Shown here in pieces: positions 8,542 through 18,316 of a stretch of 64,000 nucleotides of DNA (its first letter is position 1; each line of letters opens with the position of its first letter). A program made the translations under genes and the position numbers. Source of the stretch: Candidatus Saccharimonadales bacterium. GTDB taxonomy: Bacteria > Patescibacteriota > Saccharimonadia > Saccharimonadales > JBBQAJ01. Location: positions 27,680 through 91,679 of the forward strand of contig JBBQAJ010000001.1 in NCBI GenBank assembly GCA_038316195.1, written 5' to 3'. The notes below the pieces were generated by a model, which worked only from the letters and a program-made list of their open reading frames with translations, ran no database searches and was not told where the DNA came from.

Positions 8542-9546
8542 GTGTTAATAAGAAAATATCTAAAGGCGTGGGTTGGATTGTTGAGAGTACCAACATATCT
8601 ACTTATTATGCAATATGTTGTGATAGGTATACTTTATGGTCTGGCATTTAATATACATTATTTTGAGTTTAACACTTTCATAAACTTTGGAATTAGTTTT
8701 CTAAATATTTGTGCCGTGATTGCCTTTTGGTACGTTAATGGCACTGCGTTAAATGATTTAATGGACTACGATATCGACCTGATAAATTTGAAAAATGACA
8801 ATAACAGACCTCTAGTTAAAGGCATTATTACCAAAAAACAAATAACTAATATCGCAATTTTATCTGGATTCGCCACAATAATTTCTGCAAGTTTTTTGGG
8901 TAGATATACTTTTATTTTGGTAATTGCTTTGCTGATATTAAATTGGGCGTATTCTCTAAAGCCAATTCAAATATCGCGTAAAGGTGGTTTTGCGCCTACT
9001 CTCTTGCCTTTGGGATATGTTTTTTTACCTCTTTTAAGTGGATATTTTGTTATTACAAATGAATTTAATGTACGTGTTTTTCTATTTGCACTTGCATTGT
9101 ACCTGATGTTTTGTTCCAGAATTTTACTAAAAGATTTTCGTGACGTTGTTGGAGATGCTAAACACGGAAAAATTACATTTCTACTAAAACATGGAATTAA
9201 AAAAGTTACTATTCTTTCCGGGATTACATTTCTATTAGGTTTTTTGATTTTAGTAATGTATTTTTGGCGTTTAATAAGTATTAACATGATTCCAATTTTG
9301 TTTTTTGTAAGTATTGGAATAACTATCTTAAACTATTTATCTCAGACAACATCCTGGAATCAACAAAAACCGTATATAACCATATTCGGAAGGGTTGGGA
9401 CCGGAATTTTAATCTTATTGGCTTTATCGCTTAGTTTTCAATATCAATCAGTAATTTTATGGAAACAAGCTGTTGTTTCTGTTGCTGTTGTGGCATTAAT
9501 AATAAATAGTTTTGGAGAAATAATTAGCGCACAAAGATCTAGATAG
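8542..9546 (+). CDS. UbiA-superfamily prenyltransferase
   Basis: NDLMDYDIDLIN...RPLVKG and KDFRDVVGD Asp-rich motifs, many TM helices; GTG 8542 chosen to avoid overlap with the kinase. Confidence 0.88.
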   Translation: MLIRKYLKAWVGLLRVPTYLLIMQYVVIGILYGLAFNIHYFEFNTFINFGISFLNICAVIAFWYVNGTALNDLMDYDIDLINLKNDNNRPLVKGIITKKQITNIAILSGFATIISASFLGRYTFILVIALLILNWAYSLKPIQISRKGGFAPTLLPLGYVFLPLLSGYFVITNEFNVRVFLFALALYLMFCSRILLKDFRDVVGDAKHGKITFLLKHGIKKVTILSGITFLLGFLILVMYFWRLISINMIPILFFVSIGITILNYLSQTTSWNQQKPYITIFGRVGTGILILLALSLSFQYQSVILWKQAVVSVAVVALIINSFGEIISAQRSR

Positions 9547-10072
9547 ATTTTTTATAAAATATTAGTCTAGCATTGGCGTAAGTATTCGATTTTATTAATC
9601 CCAATCCTTTAAAATCTGGAATTGGAAGTTTAGAAGGCCACGACAAGACTAAAGTACCACCTCGGGCTAAATTTGTTGTGAGTTTTTGTATCGATCCTTC
9701 CAGTACTTTGTCGTACGGTGGATCACAAATAACTATGTCATACCAATCCGTTATGTGTTTTTTGGACCAGCTTGAGACACGGCTATTGGCAACTTCAACT
9801 TCTTTTTCAATTCCAAGTAATTTTATATTATTTGCGATAGTTGAATACGCTGACTTATCTAATTCTACTGCTGTGGCCCTTATAGCGCCTCTACTTATAG
9901 CTTCAATACTGATAGCGCCACTTCCTGCATAAAAATCTAATACTGATAGTCCTGATATGTCACCAAGAGTATTAAACAGGGCTCCTCGTTGTTTATCACC
10001 CATAGGATGTGTCTTAAATCCTTTTGGAGCGTCAATTACTCTTCCACCAAATCTTCCTGATATGATTCTCAT
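9539..10072 (-). CDS. rsmD: 16S rRNA m2G966 methyltransferase
   Basis: MRIISGRFGGR, LDFYAGSGAISIEAISRGA, DPPY. Confidence 0.93.
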   Translation of the reverse strand: MRIISGRFGGRVIDAPKGFKTHPMGDKQRGALFNTLGDISGLSVLDFYAGSGAISIEAISRGAIRATAVELDKSAYSTIANNIKLLGIEKEVEVANSRVSSWSKKHITDWYDIVICDPPYDKVLEGSIQKLTTNLARGGTLVLSWPSKLPIPDFKGLGLIKSNTYANARLIFYKKSI

Positions 10073-10890
10073 TTTTTTATTAATTTCGCGTCAAACATTG
10101 CTTTATACCAAGTTAAAGAAACGGTACGTATAAGTGCAGGCCCTAACCTGTGTCGTACTTGCCAGGCCAATTTAGGCGTCCATCCTTTTTTAATATAATT
10201 ATGGTACATATCAAGAACTGCGACTTCCCTGGCAGTCTTATTAAACATTTCAATCACGTTCGATGTTTCAATATTATTAATATCTGCTTTAGTTGGAAGT
10301 GATTCTTTAAAAGTTAAGGGTGCAATTAAAGTAGCAACGCCAAGCTCAAATGTCGCATGGGTTGCAAAAAGACCTTTTGCACCCCACATTTTCCAATTAT
10401 TACTTAGCATTTTCTTCTTAGTTTCACCGGGCATTATTAATTTTTTTCGATAATTAGTTCTTGACTTTAAATCCTCACCACCTCTAAGTTTTGCAAGTTC
10501 TTTTTCGTAAGGGTAATGATGCGCAGGGGTAAGGCCATCAACCAATGCGTGCGCCAACCAAGCTGCTTCAAAAGACGCTTTTACGTCGTCACTTTTTTTT
10601 AAAGCACTTACTAGATTAATATAATGGTCTTGTAAAAGATTAGTTAATTGTTCGTCGTCTTCATTAAAAGGATCTACATAATGCCATGGTTCATTGATGC
10701 CAGGGCTCTTCATTTTTATACCATCAGGACCATTAGCACCTTCAAAATGTAATATATCTCTTATCTTAGGAAATATATTTTCATCGATTGTAAGTTTCGT
10801 AAGTTGTTTTCTGGCAACTCTATCAATTTTTTGATGCGCGCCCATAACCGCACCTGAATGTTTTGTAAATACGTAAAGTCCTGAATACAC
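10069..10890 (-). CDS. Hypothetical protein, phospholipase C / S1-P1 nuclease-like Zn motifs
   Basis: AHQKI...PD...WHYVDP...WLAHALVDGLTPAHH...THATFE spacing resembles PLC/P1 zinc ligands. Confidence 0.55.
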   Translation of the reverse strand: MYSGLYVFTKHSGAVMGAHQKIDRVARKQLTKLTIDENIFPKIRDILHFEGANGPDGIKMKSPGINEPWHYVDPFNEDDEQLTNLLQDHYINLVSALKKSDDVKASFEAAWLAHALVDGLTPAHHYPYEKELAKLRGGEDLKSRTNYRKKLIMPGETKKKMLSNNWKMWGAKGLFATHATFELGVATLIAPLTFKESLPTKADINNIETSNVIEMFNKTAREVAVLDMYHNYIKKGWTPKLAWQVRHRLGPALIRTVSLTWYKAMFDAKLIKK

Positions 10891-10958
10891 GTTTTAAGCA
10901 CCACTAACATTATTAAAATTACTATTGGAGTTTTGCATTCTAATTGATTTCATAATTT

Positions 10959-12995
10959 TTAGTTTAGATTAGTAACTGAACGGTTGAACTGAACACGTTC
11001 GTTTAACTGTTGATATATTAACAGATTTTCATGTCTGTCTATAAATTCTTGGGCGGCAAGACGAGCTTTAGCTATTAGTTTTGTATCAGAAAGTTTTGCA
11101 ACTCTCAAATCAAGCTGACCATGTTGTATTTGACCATAAATAGCTCCCGGTCCGCGAAGTTCTAAATCGTATTCAGCGAGTTTAAAACCATCGGTCGATC
11201 TTTCAAGTAAACGCAACCTATGAGATGGAGATAAGTTATCATTTAGTAAAAGATAGCAAAAACTCTGATGCTTACTCCGTCCGACCCTTCCACGCAATTG
11301 ATGAAGTTGAGCAAGCCCAAACTTTTCGGGGTTTTCTATCATCATGATTGTAGCGTTTGGAACATCAACCCCCACTTCAATAACAGTAGTTGTTACTAAG
11401 ATATCTATTTTATGATTTAGAAAAGATTGCATAATTATGTCTTTCGCTTCAGATTTCAATTTGCCGTGAAGTAAGCCAATTTTTCTGTGACTAAAAGGAC
11501 CGGTAGATAATTCGTCGTATACTTGTTCAACAGATTTTATTGAATTATTTTCTGTAATAGTTATAAGTGGACATACCACAAATGCTTGGCGTCCTGATTT
11601 CAGTTCATTTTCGAGTTTATCAAATATTTTATGACGCTCTACGAGTGGTATGATTTTCGTAATTATGTCCTTTCTATTTGCTGGTTTGGATTCTATAACA
11701 GAAATATCTAACTCACCATAAAGAGTTAATGCTAGACTTCTAGGGATAGGAGTTGCTGTCATACTAAGCACATGTGGCATATGTCCAGCTTTAGCCAATA
11801 ATCTTTTACGTTGCTCTACGCCAAATCTATGCTGTTCGTCTATTATTACCAGACCCAATTTTTGCATATTTACTTTATTTTGAATTAAAGCATGTGTACC
11901 TACTATAATTTTTGCATCTCCTGAACTAATGCGTTTTTTGGCTTCTAATTTTTGAGCTGGTTTCTGACCACCAACTAGCAAGACAATTTGTTCATGCATC
12001 CCCAGAGGTTTTAATAAGGCATGAATTGAATCTGCATGTTGACGCGCTAATATTTCTGTGGGAGCCATAAAAGCCACTTGAAAATTTTTCTTGACCACCA
12101 TTAAAGAGGCCATAACGGCAACAACTGTCTTTCCAGAGCCTACATCACCCTCAATCAATCTGTTCATAGGTGCTTGTTTTTGTATGTCTTTATATATCTG
12201 CCAAATTACTCGTTTTTGGTCATCAGTAAGTATGAACGGTAAGTGTTTCACAAAATCTTTAGCTAACTTTTCTTCAAATGGAATTATTATTGACTTACCA
12301 TGTGAGTTTTCGAGTTTATTTATAAGCGCTGCAAGAGTAAGTTCAAAAACTTCATCAAATCCAAGACGACGCCTTGCCGTTATTAATTCCTGTTGATTGC
12401 CAGGAAAGTGGATTTGCTCGATTGCTTCGGCGCGTGATAACATTCTTTCTTTTTCTACTAACCACTTAGGCAATGTCTCTGGCAATGCGCTAATTATCGG
12501 AAATACTTCTCTCAACGCTCGACGTATTTGTCCAGACTTAAGCCCTTTTGTTTCTCTATATATAGGTACGATTCGAGCAGTGTTGACTGGAAAATTACTT
12601 ACAAGTTCTACAGAAGGATTCAATATATTAAGTCTTTGATAACTCATCCCAAATTCTCCAGAAATATAGTAGTCTTCGTTTGTCTTTAAGGATGCCGACC
12701 TGTAAGGTTGGTTAAACCATACTAACCGAACACTTCCAGTGCTGTCACTCGCAACTGCCTCTGTTATGTGAAGTCCTCGTTTTACATATCTCCCTGCTGA
12801 CGATTTTATCGTTGCGTTTATTGTCACAATCCCTGGACGTATTAAGCTGATCTTTTGAATTTCAGAATAGTCGTCGTAACGTCTTGGATATAAATCTATC
12901 AGCTCCTCTACTGTTTCTATTCCCAAAATCGACATTTTTTTGGCAACTTCAGATCCCACACCTTTAATCTCAATCACTGAACTTTTCAAATTCAT
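10959..12995 (-). CDS. recG: ATP-dependent DNA helicase RecG
   Basis: GDVGSGKT, DEQHRFGVEQR, TATPIPRSL, QLHQLRGRVGR, DLELRGPG. Confidence 0.97.
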   Translation of the reverse strand: MNLKSSVIEIKGVGSEVAKKMSILGIETVEELIDLYPRRYDDYSEIQKISLIRPGIVTINATIKSSAGRYVKRGLHITEAVASDSTGSVRLVWFNQPYRSASLKTNEDYYISGEFGMSYQRLNILNPSVELVSNFPVNTARIVPIYRETKGLKSGQIRRALREVFPIISALPETLPKWLVEKERMLSRAEAIEQIHFPGNQQELITARRRLGFDEVFELTLAALINKLENSHGKSIIIPFEEKLAKDFVKHLPFILTDDQKRVIWQIYKDIQKQAPMNRLIEGDVGSGKTVVAVMASLMVVKKNFQVAFMAPTEILARQHADSIHALLKPLGMHEQIVLLVGGQKPAQKLEAKKRISSGDAKIIVGTHALIQNKVNMQKLGLVIIDEQHRFGVEQRKRLLAKAGHMPHVLSMTATPIPRSLALTLYGELDISVIESKPANRKDIITKIIPLVERHKIFDKLENELKSGRQAFVVCPLITITENNSIKSVEQVYDELSTGPFSHRKIGLLHGKLKSEAKDIIMQSFLNHKIDILVTTTVIEVGVDVPNATIMMIENPEKFGLAQLHQLRGRVGRSKHQSFCYLLLNDNLSPSHRLRLLERSTDGFKLAEYDLELRGPGAIYGQIQHGQLDLRVAKLSDTKLIAKARLAAQEFIDRHENLLIYQQLNERVQFNRSVTNLN

Positions 12996-13079
12996 ATTAT
13001 CAATTATACGTCAAAAACAATTCTCATTTCTTTGGTGCACAAAAGTACAGACTTAATTATGAATTGTTTATGAGAATTA

Positions 13080-13859
13080 TTATTTTGCTTTTTTAATTAG
13101 AAAGAAAATACTAGGACCAAAGAATGCTTTTGCCAGAGTGGGTTGCATTATATTTTCCAAAGTTAACATAATGGTGTTAGGCATGATTTTCTTAAGCTTT
13201 GGACTACGAAGATTGGAGACTGAAAGTACTTTTTCTACCTTAAAACCAGCGTGCGCAAGTTGCTTTACTACTGTTTTAGGATTGTGATTTACGAATGAGA
13301 TCTCTGAGTCATTTTTATTTTTATCTGAACGGATATCAACTGGCTCAACAGGCAAATTCTTAAATTGAATAATGTGTTTCAGACGGTTCCGGGCATGTGC
13401 GTAATTAGCTACCTCTAGTAAAAGATATCCTTCATCACTTAGCACTCTAAACAACTCTTTAAATTCCGTAGTTGGATCTGGTAAATGGTGCATGACACGA
13501 ATCATGGTTATCAAATCTTGGGATTTATCTTTCAATTTTATATCATCTGCTTGAGTCAGTACTCGATCAATTTCAATATGGTCTTTAAGAAAGTCTTTGG
13601 CAATATCAAGCTGTTTCTTAGAAGGTTCAGCCAAGGTTACTTTGTCGGCGAATTGTTCCAGGAATACGCACAATCGTCCATATCCACCACCAATATCTGT
13701 TGCTGTTTTGAAATGCTTTCCCTTTAAGAGTCGATTTATCGCAATCTCTTCAGAGGCGTGTTCGTAATCTCGACCATCCCAATATTGTAAATAATTATAA
13801 TTCCCTTCGTCATATTGATTAGCTTTTTTGAGTTTAGTTTTAAAAGTCTTTTTTGGCAT
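13080..13859 (-). CDS. Class I SAM-dependent methyltransferase
   Basis: DIGGGYGR motif I, RVMHHLPDP, ELFRVL. Confidence 0.88.
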   Translation of the reverse strand: MPKKTFKTKLKKANQYDEGNYNYLQYWDGRDYEHASEEIAINRLLKGKHFKTATDIGGGYGRLCVFLEQFADKVTLAEPSKKQLDIAKDFLKDHIEIDRVLTQADDIKLKDKSQDLITMIRVMHHLPDPTTEFKELFRVLSDEGYLLLEVANYAHARNRLKHIIQFKNLPVEPVDIRSDKNKNDSEISFVNHNPKTVVKQLAHAGFKVEKVLSVSNLRSPKLKKIMPNTIMLTLENIMQPTLAKAFFGPSIFFLIKKAK

Positions 13860-13880
13860 ATGAGAAATTAGTATAACACT

Positions 13881-15116
13881 TTATTTGTTATCTACAATTG
13901 CAAAACTATTTTTGCCACGTTTTAAAAGATTTAAGCCATTTTGAAAGCTAATTTTTTCATCCGGAAATGTTTTTGTACCGTTTACAGAGATTGCACCGGC
14001 TATATGATATTTCCTTGCTTCAGATTTTGAATTTGCTAGTCCACATTTAAATAACATGTCATATAGGTCGTCACTTGCTGGGATTACCCGCAACTCAGCC
14101 GATAAAATTTGCTTCTGATTTTCATTTAAATCGACAAAACTACCTTCCCCAAATAAAACTTCGCTTACCGTTTTAATATTTGTAGCTCTATCTATTCCAT
14201 GAACAATTGTTGTTACTTCATAAGCTAGGGTTTTTTGAGCTAATCTATTACCAGGATTTTGTTGAAATATTTCTAGTATATTTTCTATTTCTGGCTTACT
14301 TAACATTGTATAGATTTTTAAATAGTCTTCCACTCCATCATCCCCAACGTTTAACCAGTATTGATAAAATTTATAAACGCTGGTCTTTTTAGCGTCTAGC
14401 CAAACTGCGCCTTCTTCAGATTTACCAAACTTTAATCCAGTCGACTTATCTATTACAAGTGGAGCTGACCAAACGTGAGCTTCTTTCCCAGAAATACGCC
14501 TAATTAAATCAACTCCTGCAACACTATTGCCCCATTGATCAGAACCACAAACTTGCAGCGAAACTTCCATTTCTTTATTCATGTGCAGGAAATCATAAGC
14601 CTGAATCAATACGTAACTAAATTCTGCATAACTAATGCCAGCACCCTTATCTGAAAGTCGTTTCTGCACAAACTCGCGAGATAGCATCTGTCTCATTGGT
14701 ACGTGCTTACCTACTTCTCTCAAGAATTGTAGATATCCTGTATCTTTAAACCAATTCATATTATCAACAAGCTTAAAATCTTGATCGTCAAAAACTGTCT
14801 TGTACTGAGCCTCAATACCAATTTTATTTGATTGAATTTCATCTGGACTCTTCAAAACCCGTTCTTCACCTTTGCCATCTGGGTCGCCAATCATGCCCGT
14901 AGCGCCACCAATTAACAATATAGCTTTATGGCCACTCTTAATAAAATGTCGTACCATCATTGCAATTGCTAAATTACCAATTGTCATAGAAGAAGCACTT
15001 GGATCAACACCCCAATAAAATGTTATTGGGTCTCCGTCAATACTAGAAGCTGATTTGTAGGTAGTTTGATATACGAAACCACGCCATTTTAATTCTTCTG
15101 ACAAAGTCATAGACAT
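13881..15116 (-). CDS. tyrS: Tyrosyl-tRNA synthetase
   Basis: GVDPSASSMTIGN (HIGH variant), QAYDF, GSDQWGN, KFGKS, C-terminal S4-like domain. Confidence 0.96.
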   Translation of the reverse strand: MSMTLSEELKWRGFVYQTTYKSASSIDGDPITFYWGVDPSASSMTIGNLAIAMMVRHFIKSGHKAILLIGGATGMIGDPDGKGEERVLKSPDEIQSNKIGIEAQYKTVFDDQDFKLVDNMNWFKDTGYLQFLREVGKHVPMRQMLSREFVQKRLSDKGAGISYAEFSYVLIQAYDFLHMNKEMEVSLQVCGSDQWGNSVAGVDLIRRISGKEAHVWSAPLVIDKSTGLKFGKSEEGAVWLDAKKTSVYKFYQYWLNVGDDGVEDYLKIYTMLSKPEIENILEIFQQNPGNRLAQKTLAYEVTTIVHGIDRATNIKTVSEVLFGEGSFVDLNENQKQILSAELRVIPASDDLYDMLFKCGLANSKSEARKYHIAGAISVNGTKTFPDEKISFQNGLNLLKRGKNSFAIVDNK

Positions 15117-15220
15117 AATTAACACTAGTATAACATCTCTTATTTTGTCTGTACTAAATCGTCTTGAAAATGCATAAGTTTGATATAATGTAGGTCAATA
15201 CCAAGGAGATTCACAGTCAT

Positions 15221-18200
15221 ATGGCAATCAACAAGCTGGGGAACAAAATTCGTAAAAATAATACTGGGCGTAAAAGCAAATCTAGTTTTGTTACAAAAAG
15301 TGGCCAGACAATCAAGATAAATCGATCAATTGGCGATAAAATACGAGCTAAACGAGCATCATACGCTCAAAAACGTGCCGAGCGTCTTGCTGGTATGCCA
15401 AAAAGTCGAATAAAGCGTATATTCTATCGCCTTCATCCTAAAAGACTTTACAAGTACTGGTTCAGCCGCGAGGGTGGGATTATGGGACTCAAAGTGTTTG
15501 GGATTGGCATATTGGTTACATTTCTTCTGTTAGTTGGAGTTTTTGCATATTTTCGTAAAGATCTACCAAACATACGTGATATTTCTGGAAGTAATATAGG
15601 TGGAAGTATTTTGTACTATGATAGGACCGGCAAAACTTTACTCTTTGAAGACGTAGAAGGCTCCAAACGAATTCCTGTAAAAGATGATGCGATAGCAACA
15701 AGCATTAAACAAGCAACTATTGCTGTTGAAGATAAAGACTTTTTCAAACACGGTGGATTTGACATGAGGGGAATAATCCGTGCCGGTGTGAACAATTTAT
15801 TCGGAAGAAGTGGAACTACGCAGGGTGGCTCAACCATTAGTCAGCAATTGGTACGATTAACTCAGTCTAATGTTGGGACTGAAAGAACATATTCTAGAAA
15901 AGTAAAAGAAGTAATCCTGTCAGTAGAATTAGAGAGAGAATACTCTAAACAAGAAATTCTCACAGGATACCTTAACACAGCACCATACGGGGGTATTGAA
16001 AATGGGGTTGAAGCAGCGGCTCAAAATTATTTTCACGTTTCAGCAAAAGACTTAACACTTGCGCAATCAGCGATGTTGGCGTCAATACCCAAATCTCCTA
16101 CTTATTATTCTCCTTACAATAAATCAGGCTTTAATAAAGGCTCCTTAATAGGAAGGCAGCATTACATATTAGACTTAATGCATGAGCAAGGAATGATCAC
16201 ATCAGATCAACGTGACGAAGCTAAAAAAGTCGATGTATTAGCTCAAGTAAAAGACAGACCACAACACTATGATGGCATAAAGGCGCCTTGGTTTGTTCTT
16301 ACAGCTAAACAAGAACTTGAAAGGCGATTTGGCACAACCAGTGTTAAGCGTGGGGGCTGGAAAATTACAACAACTCTTGATTTAGATGCTCAAAAAGTCG
16401 CTGAAGAACAGGTTCAAAATGGCTTGGCTCAAATAAAACGACAAGGTGGTGATACTGCTGCATTTGTTGCAGAAGATGTAAAAACAGGTCAGGTTGCTGC
16501 ACTAGTAGGTGGCACAGATTTTAACAACCCGGATTTTGGTGAAAACAATTATGCGCATGATCTTGAACTCCCACCCGGTTCATCTTTCAAACCTTATGAC
16601 TACTCAGCACTTATTGATACTCAAAAAAATGTAGGTGCCGGTTCAGTTTTGTTTGACTCTAGTGGCGCAATACCAGGATATCCTTGCACAACCGGTGTTA
16701 GCAAGACTGGTAACTGTGCACATGACTATGATTTTCGATTTCCTGGGCCACTAACGCTAAGATACGCACTTGGAGGCTCTAGAAACGTTCCGGCTTTGAA
16801 AGCAATGGCGATTGTTGGAGTTGATAAAACAATAGATGTTGCACACAAGTTAATGACAAACTACGGAACAGATGGTAATCCAGATTCTACTATCGGAAAC
16901 TACAAGTGCTATTCTGACGAACAAAATACTGTCGCCATACCCTGTTACGGATCTTCTGCTATTGGTGATGGTGCATATTTGCGACTGGACGAACATGTAC
17001 ACGGTTATGCGACGCTTTCCAGAAATGGAAATAATATTCCACAAACTTACATATTGAAAATAACTGACACCTCAAACAAGACTATTGATGAATGGAAGCC
17101 CAGTAAAGGCGTACAGGCAATTAGTCCTGAAACGGCTTACATAGTTACGGATATTCTCAGAGACCCTAATGCAAGTTATTTTTCAAAGAAAATTCATAAT
17201 TACAAAGGCTGGAGATTTGGATTGAAAACTGGTACTACAAACGATGCCAAAGACGGTTTGATGATGATGTTTTCCACGAAATATGCTGTTGGTACATGGG
17301 TCGGGTACCATAACCGACAAAGGGTTATGAGTGGAGCAATGGAAAATATGACTACTCCAATCGTAAATGGTTTCATGACAACTATGCACTCCAATATAAA
17401 ACCAGAAGATATTCCAAAACCAAATGGTGTTCAATCACTTCCAGCTTATATTATTAGGTCTCATGTAGGTTTTGGCTCCATTGAACCAAGCCCAACAAAT
17501 GACTTGTTCCCCTCATGGTATAAATCACCATCCAAAGCAAATAGTAACCAGAAAATAGATCAAGTAAGTAACAAACTAGCCACCGAATGTACACCATTGC
17601 GTGCTATCAAAGACGGTGCTGGCGGAAATAGTAATACATTTTCAGTTGATAAATTCGTAAGTGGGGGTAATGCAAATACAACTGAAAAAGACAATGTTCA
17701 CAATTGTGCAGATGCCAAACCAACTATTACTTTGGACAACAAAGAATTCACGTGTGCAAATGGTGGTTGTCCTATAAGTGCTACTGTTAATGCAGGCACG
17801 CACCCACTTTCATCGGAAACCTTCCCCGGTACTGTCAATTTCATGGTAGATGGACAAGTGGTTAACACTCAAAACATTAGTAGCCCAGGTATTGTTACAT
17901 TTAATTATAAACCAGATTTCACCGGCACTAAATCGCTGACTGCCGAAGTAATTGATAGCGTTCTGTATGATGGCTCAGATAGCACAACACTTTCAGCAAA
18001 TGCTGGTGGTTCAGGAATTTCAACATTAGAAAATCTAACACCTGGAAGTACAGTTAACAAGCGATCACAAGCTAACTTTAGTTGGACGGATTACGGTGGC
18101 GGGATAAGTTATATTCTATATTGGTCATGTAATGGTCAAAACGGTTCACAGTCAACAAATACAAATGCAAACTTCACCCCGACAACTACTCAACAAAAAG

Positions 18201-18316
18201 ATGCGTTGTACAATGGCTTAGCTTACCCACTTGTTACATGCGAATGGTACGTTGATGCCAGTAATGGCCAGAGTAGTAAATCTAATAAATCGACGTTTAC
18301 ATTAAAGGCACCTTAG
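15221..18316 (+). CDS. Class A penicillin-binding protein (transglycosylase + transpeptidase) with C-terminal Ig-like extension
   Basis: EDKDFFKHGG, GGSTISQQL; SSFK, SRN and KTGT transpeptidase motifs; one TM helix. Confidence 0.93.
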   Translation: MAINKLGNKIRKNNTGRKSKSSFVTKSGQTIKINRSIGDKIRAKRASYAQKRAERLAGMPKSRIKRIFYRLHPKRLYKYWFSREGGIMGLKVFGIGILVTFLLLVGVFAYFRKDLPNIRDISGSNIGGSILYYDRTGKTLLFEDVEGSKRIPVKDDAIATSIKQATIAVEDKDFFKHGGFDMRGIIRAGVNNLFGRSGTTQGGSTISQQLVRLTQSNVGTERTYSRKVKEVILSVELEREYSKQEILTGYLNTAPYGGIENGVEAAAQNYFHVSAKDLTLAQSAMLASIPKSPTYYSPYNKSGFNKGSLIGRQHYILDLMHEQGMITSDQRDEAKKVDVLAQVKDRPQHYDGIKAPWFVLTAKQELERRFGTTSVKRGGWKITTTLDLDAQKVAEEQVQNGLAQIKRQGGDTAAFVAEDVKTGQVAALVGGTDFNNPDFGENNYAHDLELPPGSSFKPYDYSALIDTQKNVGAGSVLFDSSGAIPGYPCTTGVSKTGNCAHDYDFRFPGPLTLRYALGGSRNVPALKAMAIVGVDKTIDVAHKLMTNYGTDGNPDSTIGNYKCYSDEQNTVAIPCYGSSAIGDGAYLRLDEHVHGYATLSRNGNNIPQTYILKITDTSNKTIDEWKPSKGVQAISPETAYIVTDILRDPNASYFSKKIHNYKGWRFGLKTGTTNDAKDGLMMMFSTKYAVGTWVGYHNRQRVMSGAMENMTTPIVNGFMTTMHSNIKPEDIPKPNGVQSLPAYIIRSHVGFGSIEPSPTNDLFPSWYKSPSKANSNQKIDQVSNKLATECTPLRAIKDGAGGNSNTFSVDKFVSGGNANTTEKDNVHNCADAKPTITLDNKEFTCANGGCPISATVNAGTHPLSSETFPGTVNFMVDGQVVNTQNISSPGIVTFNYKPDFTGTKSLTAEVIDSVLYDGSDSTTLSANAGGSGISTLENLTPGSTVNKRSQANFSWTDYGGGISYILYWSCNGQNGSQSTNTNANFTPTTTQQKDALYNGLAYPLVTCEWYVDASNGQSSKSNKSTFTLKAP

